A stretch of 64,000 nt of DNA. Origin: Eledone cirrhosa. Taxonomy: Eukaryota. Every line of letters begins with the position of its first letter. Within the stretch, counting starts at the first letter, position 1. The translations under genes and the position numbers were made by a program. Below are positions 54,120-64,000 of this stretch, piece by piece. Location of the stretch: positions 744,001 to 808,000 of the forward strand of contig OZ024747.1 of the NCBI GenBank assembly GCA_964016885.1, in the 5' to 3' direction. The notes below the pieces were generated by a model. That model was not told the origin of the DNA. It made no database searches and saw nothing but the letters and a program-made list of their open reading frames with translations.

Positions 54120-56065
54120 GTTACAATTTTGAAGAAGTATCGGAACTTGAAGTTTTAGATTTGAATACTGATTCAGGTAGCTCTCTGTTTAATCTCATTC
54201 AAAATTGGCTGATTCATACTAAATCAGATCTAGAAACTTTGTTATTTGCACTTGGAAAAATGCAGAATGCACAAGAGTTGCTGAAAAATTCTCAAATTAG
54301 TGAACACGTGCCATACACAGTTCCATTTGCTGAGGAAGGTGAGATGGAGCCTATTTTAGGTGATGGACAGAAATTAAACTCTCCTTCTAGTTTACTACAG
54401 AATATTAAAGTACAGAATGTTCAGCCAGGTGGAGAGGGAGCTATTGGTCCTCTAGATACTAACCATACATCTGACAGTTTCATAAATTCTACTTTACTTG
54501 ATCTAGACAACAATAATGATTTGCACCAACACAAATTCTCTCCAAAAGCCTTTCATGAAACCGATGTTAAGAATATCTTCCCCCATTTTGAAACTGTCCA
54601 AAATCACAGTTCTCCCAACAGTGACATTGATGAGCAAGTCCCAGAATCTGTTTCAGTGGGTATGTATGGCAATGATATGTCAGAAACAATTGGAGACACA
54701 TCAGAATTCGAATCAAGACAAGAGAGCGATGATGCAACACTTGATATTCCTGTTTTAAAGCCGGTTCCTAGACTTAGTCCCGTACTGGATGAAGTTCAAA
54801 CTGATGGCAACCTTGTTTCACCAACCTTGACTCCCGTTCATCCACCAACTTCACTTATTGAGCCAATGGTGACACCTGATTATTCATCATCTCCTACTTA
54901 CTCAAAGGAGTCATTATTATCATCATCATCAACCAATCAGGGTACTCCTGACATGTTTAACTTTTATACTAACAACGATTCTTCCGAGAAATTGGTTTCA
55001 AGTTCATTATTTGACAAGGACTCTGTTGCAGCTGATGTTTCAGACTTAATGTCTAGTTCTTCAGCTCTTCAAGATGACTGCATGTCTCCTACCACTGAAC
55101 TATCCTCTAAAATACACAAACATAAAGAAGCCCAGGAACTGAATGAAGATGATACTATAAACCGAAACAATGTCTTAATAGAACCAAGTTCCAATGATGT
55201 CCTTGAAGACTTTGATAAAAATATTATACTTGATGATGGAAATGTTGCCAAAATCCCCTTGGAGATTGCTGCAGACAATCCAAAGCCATCTGTAGAGACT
55301 ACTGAAAGAGTTGGTGACCATACAGATTCAAGTTTGAGTATGGAAGAATATAATTCTAAAGAGAAAGTGTACACAGAACAACAACAAATAACTCTGAGAG
55401 AAAGTCCACGGGATAAAGTTAAATTGACGAAGTCTACAGAAATAGAGGAACCTGCAAATTCTGAAGGTGGCATCCAAAATTATGTATCAGATATTTTAAA
55501 CAATTCTGAAGTAAATATAGGGCAAACTGAAAGCAGTTCTTTAACAGACAGCTCGTTTGAGATGATTATGAGTGAAAATGTGGCTGACTTGAAGAGTAAT
55601 GTGTGTGGAGATATTGCTATGGATCATTCTGAAGAAATGAGTCCAAAAGATGACTTCCAGGCTGAAATATCTACAGAGACTATGAATACAGATCTTAAAG
55701 AAACTCAACATGAAAATGTGCCATGTGCCTCGGTGGATGAGAAAATCTCAACTGAAATAATAGATTCTGTAAGTGGTATTGGTGTGATAAAAACCAACTG
55801 TAAAGAAATTTCAGATGAAAGCCTTAGAAATTCTGGAGAATCTGAGATTACAAACAAACACGACAGTAGCATAGAGAAATCTGCTGTTAAAATTGTTCGT
55901 TCAGCTATTGAAGCTGCCGTCCAGTTGGAATCTGAGAAGCCATCATCAGTGCCATCGGAGAAAGATCCGAAGAAACATTTTAGTTCTGAAAAAATCAGTT
56001 ATTTTGTTATAGCAGCAGCTATTCTTAGTACTACATTGATTTTAGTACATAAGTTCTGGAAATAA
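54120..56065 (+). CDS. MAVS-like protein, terminal exon (death-like domain, acidic Ser-rich region, C-terminal TM anchor)
   Basis: Acceptor TTTTTGTAG in the matching phase. 1.9 kb open frame with YNFEEV...LIQNW...LETLLFALGKM, ending ISYFVIAAAILSTTLILVHKFWK*. Confidence 0.9.
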
Positions 56066-56349
56066 AGGAAGAAATGGGACGTGAATATGATTAACTTTTA
56101 TCACTTCCTATATATATGGCAGTATTGTGTAGTTTAGTATAAGATTTTGAGACTAATTATACTTTCATGGCTTGGGTTTCGTCAAAAGTAAGATGGCTGC
56201 TCTAGGGCCTACATCTAAATATTTACTAATCATAATCCACTTAGAAATTCATATTTTTCTTTACTTCCCACCAGTTTAAATATGGATAGTTTTCTACATT
56301 TATTCTAAATTATTTACATTCCTGTATTTGTTTTTGGATTTGCTATAAA

Positions 56350-56355
56350 AATAAA
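56350..56355 (+). promoter_or_regulatory. Candidate polyadenylation signal
   Basis: AATAAA about 285 bp after the stop, followed by T-rich sequence. The background is AT-rich, so this is weak. Confidence 0.35.
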
Positions 56356-57127
56356 TAATATATTATTGGTTTTATTTGAAGAGGCACCAGTCGATGTAAG
56401 GGCAGGGTAGAGGTGAGATAAGTTGATTGAATCAGCCTCAATATATATTTTATTGATTTTTAGAGAACCAATAAACTATGAAAGTTGCTGTTTACAGGAG
56501 TGAATTTTACCCCCTCCTCCCTGCCATGATACTTAGGTCTGTGTGGACTGACAGTTAAGAATAGATTACAATACTGTTGATGAAAATGTTTGTGAGATTG
56601 TATATAACAGGAGAGGTTGTTGTCAGAGGTTTGATGTTCTGAGAAGATAAAGAGTAACCATGTAATGTGTTTTAACAGCAGTCAGTACAGCTTCTGTACA
56701 TCTATAGACACGCATGAAAGAAATGATGTGCCAGCATAAATTGGTTAAAAAATGTAAACCAAAGAGAACAATGTTGATGTGCTATGAGAAAAGGTAGAAG
56801 TTAGTATTTCTGGAGGAGTCTGTTGTTGGAAAGTCTTGTTTAACCCTTTCATTACCATATTTTGGGGAAAGAAGGATCAATAAATTAAGTTCTGGTGTAT
56901 CGATTGCTTGATCAAATCAATTGACAAGATATCGGACCTCATTCACTTACCAAGTGGGGTGGAACTTGTCAAATCGGTCCAAGGAAACAATGTTTCCATT
57001 GTTAATATCATCTGCCAATTGCAACTCCTGGCAGAAAGAGCAACAGTGTCTTGCTGAAGGACATAGCACACAGGCTGGTCTAGGAATCGAACTCGACAAC
57101 CTTTCTTCAGAAATTTGTGGGTTTGTG

Positions 57128-57335
57128 CTAGGATTGGTAGAGTAAGAAATTTGGACAAACTTCTTTGTAGTATTTAGTTCCATTGTTACTGTTCTGAGTT
57201 CAAGTCCCATCAAAGTTAACTTTACCTTTCATCCTTCTGAGGAACAAAAAGATAAAATATCAGACGAGTTCTAGAATCGATTTAATCACCAGTTCAAATT
57301 TTTTTCCTCAAGCTTATGTAAGAAATTATTATTAT
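57128..57335 (+). mobile_element. tRNA-head SINE, family 2 (degenerate)
   Basis: GTTCTGAGTTCAAGTCCC...AACTTTACCTTTCATCC, with an (ATT)n end. Confidence 0.55.
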
Positions 57336-59564
57336 TAAGTAGCATGAATGGTAGTGTTGGATTAAAATCCTTTTCTTTTTCTTTTCCATCATCATTTAAT
57401 GTCCACTTTCCCTGCTTGCTTCACAACCATACTGTTCTGGGGTCAACTCTCATACATGTTACCTTCTATTTTTAGAATGGGTACACTGTATCCCTGCATG
57501 TTACATGAGGTGATTAAAAGGCTTTTAGATAGTTGTTGGACCTCCAGATGTTCTTAACATAAGTACCATCTATCTTGTTCTTCTCTATTTCAATATACCA
57601 GTTGTTTAGTTGTTTTAAATAAACAATGAACATCTCTCATTTCGATACCAATTCATATATTGGACATTTCCTATTTCGGAGAGATTCTCTTCCTTTCAGT
57701 GTTTAATGGATTGTTAGTTCCCAGATTGCTAGTTTGTAACTCAATTCACATCTGTATATATATTTTTTAATTTTTTAAACATCTGGAGAACATTTTGTAA
57801 TTGGAATTCAGCTTCCCAGTGCACTACACACACACACCACATACCACACAGACTATACACACTACATACACATAAAAGGCAGAAAATATGGGACAGAGGT
57901 AATTGAACCCAGTATCTTTTGAATATCAACAGGTTAGCTGTTTCACAGATCTATTTAACTTATCACTGCTTCTTATTTTTTGTTTTGACTCTTAAGGTGG
58001 CTGAAGGTCAGAGGTGACCTTGGCAGGATTTGAGGAAGATCTAAGGTGGCTGAAGATCAGAGAAAAAAGAATTTTATATTTTTTACATTAGCATTGCTTA
58101 AGAAGTGTATGTATATATGTATCTGTAGAAGTATGTGTGTGTAGTTAATGTCAACAACTTGTCTTTCTCCTTACACTCCCTCAAAGAAAAGATAACTTTG
58201 CTGCGACTTATGTTTAGGGGAGCAGGAGGGGGTGTTTTAATTACCGTTTGTGCTAATTAAGGCACAAGGCCAGCAAGAGGGTGACAGTACTTTACCAACC
58301 TTGGAAGGAAGAATAGTAAACTTGACTTCTACAGGATTTCAACTCACAACATAACCAGAACACTGACACTCTTCCGACTCTCTCAAAATAGTACCAACTG
58401 TATCAGGGATTTATCTCTGGGACATGGTGATTTCTTGTTTCTTCTGTAAATATGAAACCTGAAATTGTGTAAGTTTGTCAGATAAACTATTTTTAGCGAA
58501 GGCATGAAGTATGGTATTTAGGGGAAGTTGTGAGATTTCAGAAAAGTGAAATAATAGTAACTCTACCCAAATATCACAACTGAATCATGTATTTCCAATC
58601 TTACAATAAACACTAATTATTCACCTACAAAACTAGAAATTTGTGTGGGAAGGGTTGGCCAGACAATTGTTATTCAATATTTATTGGGGTTGGAAGCGGG
58701 GGATATAAAGAATTATTCCCAGTAATATTTGAACTAAAAAACAGAAAGGGACAAAACTAAATACCGAGGTAATATTTCTGCCAGATCACCTTCAAATATA
58801 TAATAATAATAATGGTTTCTGATTTAGGCAGGGGGGAAATTGATTAAACTGATCTCAGTACTTGACTGGACATTTCATAGACCTCAGAAGGATGAAAGGC
58901 AAAGTAACTACTGCAAAGGGCTGTAACTATATATTAGAAAACGTCTGGCACTCTACCGATACTGCCAATCCATAACAATAATAATAATAATTTCTAATAT
59001 AAAAACAATGCCAGATATGTTATATATCCAGACATGATATATAATTGATTAAATCAACCCAGTATCTGATTAGGACATAATTTAACAAACTATAAAACTA
59101 AACGTTGTGTCACTCAATTGATTCTTCTAGCACCATCAACACCAAATGTTTTAAATAATAATAATAATATATTTTAGAAAACAGTTTTCTTTTTGTTGGA
59201 AAAAAATAATCACAAAATAAATTGAAAAAAAAAAGAAGAAAAATCATGTATATTTGACATAATAAAATTGTTGTGATGACAGTAAGAAAGAAGTCAGTTA
59301 TTTGTTCATTTTTTTCAATATAATATTCGGTTTGTGTTTGCAATGCTAAGTTGCTATCGAAATAACTCACTCTCTCTATATATCTATATATAGATATGAT
59401 GACCAGCAGAACCTACCCCTAGTACAGTATCGCACTCTTTCATGTCCCATCATGCACAGCACCTCTGTCTCACCACGTACACACCGAAATGTCCATGATA
59501 AACCAAAACACCACACCCCTGCAACTTACATCAAACCGTCACTATGCTCATCCACCCCACCTAT

Positions 59565-59942
59565 CACACATGCCAAACTTTGGCATTGAGAGCTGGACCA
59601 ACTCCCAAACAGGACATCACTGTGTGGTGCCAAAGGTCTTGACTTTCACATCTAAAATAAGGAGCAGATATTGCAATAGCCTGGGGTTCAAAGGCCCTCA
59701 ACTCTTCAACAAGCTACCAAGAAATTTGAGAGATCAGCATCGTGTGGACATGGCTGTTTTTCAAGAAACATCTTGACACCCTGTTTTCCAGGATCCCACA
59801 GCATGGTACTAAGGTAACCTAAGGACAACAGCAATAAACTCCCTCTTACACCAATGGCCAGCCAACACAGGCTGGAGATAGAATGTGTAGCAACAAGGGT
59901 GATGCCCCAGCATGGCCTCAGCCAGATGGCTGGAATAGGTAA
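59565..59942 (+). mobile_element. Old 3' remnant of a CR1/L2-group LINE
   Basis: SLGFKGPQLFNKLPRNLRD parallels [18 protein letters not shown] of the 483-2058 element, and the 3' UTR motif is similar. Confidence 0.65.
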
Positions 59943-62619
59943 TATATATATATATATTTCAGTGTAGCCACAGTTCTTGAGATGAAGCCATACTGTGGCC
60001 AGAAGATCTGATCTGATAATACAGACATCAGATCTGATCCCGGATTAGGTATATAATGTGTTGTAGATATATATATAAAGCATGCATTTTAAAAAGAACA
60101 GTGTAACTCACCCGATGCTTGGTTAGTACATCTATATATATTATATGACCATAATATATATCATCATCATGATATATATTTATATATATTTCTTCATATA
60201 TATTATATAATCAATATAAATATTTCTGTGTTTGGCTCATTTCGTAAAAGAGAAACAAGGAGGAAGTGTTTTGTTTTTTTTCCTTTATATTATTATAGAC
60301 TAGCGAGGAATTAACAAAAGATGTTTTTTCTTTTATGTATTAAATAATATATTTAATATCTGTAGTTAGCCTGTTTCAATATTTTGTGTCTCATCAGTAC
60401 AGAGTGTGAGATATGTTAATTGCAGAGAGCTTGAACAGTTCCCTCTGTTTAGCATTTAAACCAGCTGTATCTGACCAGAATTCTCTCACCTTTTTCTATT
60501 CAAACTGGCTGTAACTGACCGCTCATACTGATGTTTGTTTATTTGAGAACAATATCGTGTCAAAATCTCATAGATTCGATTATATGCGAGGCAAAGCCTT
60601 TACAATGAAAGTATAGAGTAATGTAAATGCTAAAGGGTTAAGTATAATATATTATTGCTAATTCCAGTTGCATGACCATCACATAACTAACTGATCTACA
60701 AAATTCATCAAAGCGTATTTTTGAAATGTATCCAGGTCAGTCAGTATGTTCTTTGTGAAAAATTTGTGCTTTGAGCAAACCCTGCTTGCATATAAAAATC
60801 ACAGAATGACAAAATGCTGAAGCAGGTTATCTAGAGAGAATCAAATATATATTACATGCTTCTACTGACAGCAAACTCACAAATGTTAAGATATATTTAA
60901 AATTTCATGTGAACTAATGAGGAAGCCTCATTAAAAGTAGCAATGATATCCATCAAATCATCCCATAAAATCTTAAAACAAGAACATCTCATTTGATAAT
61001 GTGATCCTGGATGCACACCAGAGTTGGAACACCTTTCATCTCATGTCTACTCAATCAGCTCTCACCTGGGACTAAATAACATTGAGGTATATTTTCTATG
61101 TGGTTTCAGATTCAACTCCCAATTCTTTCACAGTGAAATTTGTTAGACTTAATCTACCACCTGGTTTAACACCACCACCTAGTTTTGGGGTGACTTTATA
61201 TAAGTTCACTCTGTTGCAAGCATTTGGACAAGGTCTCCTGTACAATAACTACCTCTTTCCACCCACCAAACTAACAAAACAATACAGCTATCATATATAT
61301 GTCTTCAATTGAATCAAGCATGCAACTTGTTTAGTATTGACGACATGGTAAAATACACCTAGTACACTGTAAAGTGGTTGCTGATAGAAAGGACATGGAG
61401 CCATAGAAACTTTCCAAACGAGTAAAGAAGACTCTTTAGTTGTGTGAAAGATGTGACCTCTTTAATGTTGGTGCTAGAGTGCAGGAAATTATATAAGCAC
61501 CATTGTGTGATGGTGTGGTATATAGGATTAAATATTTTCTGTTGTTTTTATTACAATTAAGCAGTTAAGTAATGTTGATGGTAGAGAAGTAGGTAAACAT
61601 CTGCAGTGACAGATCAATAATTGTCAACTGATTCTTACAGACAGTCTCAAAAAGAGAGGGCATGCGATATGAATTATTAGAGAATCGGGCTCCTTACCAT
61701 AAAACTAGGTGTTAATAAGGGAACAATATAGGTTGAGATGATAAAAGGGTTTTTGCTAGGAATTATTTGATTAGTCAGAAATATCTCCAAATCAATTTTA
61801 AGTTCAAATTTAGACTTAGCATTAATATTTACTTCCATATTAGCCCTTATTGAGAAGGTCTATTATCAAAGGTGTTTCAAGCATGACTATCCTATCTTTT
61901 TGTACATCTAAGACTGCATTGTCCAATGTATCCTCTCTTGTATAAGACAGTAGGTATGCTTTGAGGGATATGTAGCTACTTCTATTTCTAGCAGCTTGAA
62001 TGACTGCTTAGTGTCCATGTTGTCTGGTGAAGTGAAAAAAAATATATATAAGTGTGAATGAATGTGGGATCTATTAAAATAATAAGGGAGTCAGGTGAAT
62101 GTATTCTTGAAAGTCTATGTAGGATGTCAGTGGTTTAGTGGTGTTGGTGAGGGGCCAAGTGCTAGTGCTGGGTGACAATAGAGTATGATACTTACTGAAT
62201 CCATGGTAGATAGAACAGAAAGATAGTCAACTGTCAATTTAAATATATACATGCATATACATTTATACACATTATACATATATATATATATATATATATA
62301 TTCCAAAGATGTTGGTGATATTGAAGGGCATCTAGTTGTAAAAGCCATGCCAAATAACATGAAAACATACACAAGCCATACAGGAAGGAAGTAACTCTAA
62401 ATAAGTTCTGTTACAAACAGTGGCATTCATGATAACAAAGATAGCCTGTATTCTCAGTTGTAGTGCATATCAGATAATGAAAGACTAGACACAGTAAGAC
62501 ACATCTATGGAAAAAGGCATATAAAATGTATGTGGTAGATGTACAGGGATAGTTGGCTTTTTCCAATCCTAGGAAGATTCTATAGAAGTGGTTGATAGCT
62601 TCTGATACCTAGGTGATAT

Positions 62620-63060
62620 AATTAGCAGTGCAGGAGGTTTCTTCAAGAGCAAAATAGCTGGAATAGGATCGAAAAAGTTGAGGAAGATACTGTGTTGATA
62701 ACAAAATGTTTCTTTCTATGAAGAAAGAGCCATCTGTATGATACTCCATGGAAGTGAGACATGGGCAGTGAATGCAGAGAGTTTGCAAAGGTTGAGAAAT
62801 GAAGCGAACATGCTTCAATGAATGTGCATGAACAACGCATGGAAAAATTGGGTATAAGAAGAAGCAGGTGTAGTGTGCAAAAGAAAAGACTGTGCTGGTA
62901 TGGACATGTGATATGTATGGATGATGAACACCGGGTGAAGTACCAAGTAATCTGCAGTAGAGGAAGACCTGGCTAACGATCATGAGACCTAATCCCAAAT
63001 CGTCCAACCCATGCAAGCATGGAAAAGCAAATGTAAAATGATGATGACGATGATAGTGAT
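62620..63060 (+). mobile_element. Highly degenerate RTE 3' remnant
   Basis: AGAAATGAAGC..CATGCT and AGACTGTGCTGGTATGGACATGTG, with terminus CGTCCAACCCATGCAAGCATGGAA...ATGATGATG. Confidence 0.7.
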
Positions 63061-63499
63061 GTATCATCATCACTGTTTTATGTCTATTTTCTATGTTTGT
63101 GTGGTTTAGATGGGTGCTCGTCTGGGTGTGTTTTATTGTGACACTAACACTTCCACATTCCAGTGTGACCTGAGTGTATTTTATTGTATCAATATTAGTT
63201 TATTTCAACACTAGTGCACTTACATCCTTTGTTGTGCTTTGGAGGACAGTAGTAGGGAATGGGTGACTGAGGGAAGAAGGCAGAGTTTGGGTTGCTTGTG
63301 GAGGGTGAGGCAGTGTAGCCTTAAGGCAAATGGCATCTACCAGCATTGTTGGGTGAGACCAGCTTTCCATACTAGCATGGTTGTTTAAGGAGTGGGGGAA
63401 TTGTGAGGGGGTGGTCCTAGAGATGGTCGGAAGGGAAAGAAAAAATGAGGAAACAGCGTCTAGCAATACAGTGAGGATGATGAATGGGGCAGCCTAAGT

Positions 63500-63710
63500 G
63501 TTGTTACATCTTTTTGCCTTTTACAGCCATCCCCCTCTTGCTTGTCTCATCCTACATGTTTAACGATGCAGGTCTTCAGTAATACACCATATTACCAGCT
63601 GACTTGATCCTCTCTCATCTCTTCTATGAAGTCCAACTTTGTAGGTTAGCTGTTACCACTTCGTCCCATGTTTTCCTTTGTCTTTCTCTTCCACAGGTTC
63701 CATTAACTTT
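63500..63710 (-). mobile_element. Degenerate RTE 3' remnant
   Basis: The minus strand encodes a relic G.RKTKENMGR segment (GRPRKTW region) and an RTE-like terminus. Confidence 0.45.
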
Positions 63711-64000
63711 GTGTGCCCTGCACTGTATATATTTATGTAGGTATATATGTATATATGTGTACACATAACATGGATCTCATCAATATATTAAACAGTACAC
63801 AGATACAGAACAGATATACCAGTACACAGATACACATCAGTAAATTAAACTTTTGCTATTATAGTTTTCTCATTCATGTCTTTAAACAATGTAATAACAA
63901 ATACAATGTAATAATAGATGTAATGTGATTTACATGAAATAAAACACTGCAACAATAACTTCAATGTTTCTTCTATGTCAATAATATCATCAGTTAATTG

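Overview
This is eukaryotic (animal) genomic DNA. It is AT-rich and full of (TA)n/(TATG)n/(ACC)n microsatellites, tRNA-type SINEs and non-LTR retrotransposons. The overall style resembles a cephalopod (Octopus-like) genome, which is an inference. Most long ORFs in the track are translation artefacts of microsatellites. The real coding content has five parts. (1) A Penelope-like element of the Naiad type with an uninterrupted RT+GIY-YIG ORF, a ~0.9 kb inverted 5' segment and a hammerhead ribozyme with a long branched stem II. (2) CR1/L2-group LINEs. (3) An internally deleted L1/Tx1-like element sitting in a (TATC)n tract. (4) A dense cluster of RTE-clade copies (32-47 kb) whose RT carries an inserted C4HC3 PHD-like finger. 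(5) One host gene on the + strand (4 exons, 51191-56065, first exon not found) encoding CARD-like + death-like domains, a long acidic region and a C-terminal tail anchor, i.e. a mollusc-type MAVS-like adaptor. Less obvious structure includes several hammerhead ribozyme motifs: a cluster at 7.1-7.5 kb, a near-perfect 370-bp palindrome carrying one on each strand, and a ~300-nt tandem retrozyme-like unit. There is also a minisatellite born from a SINE body and a bipartite non-autonomous RTE. All family assignments come from motif reading only; no searches were run.
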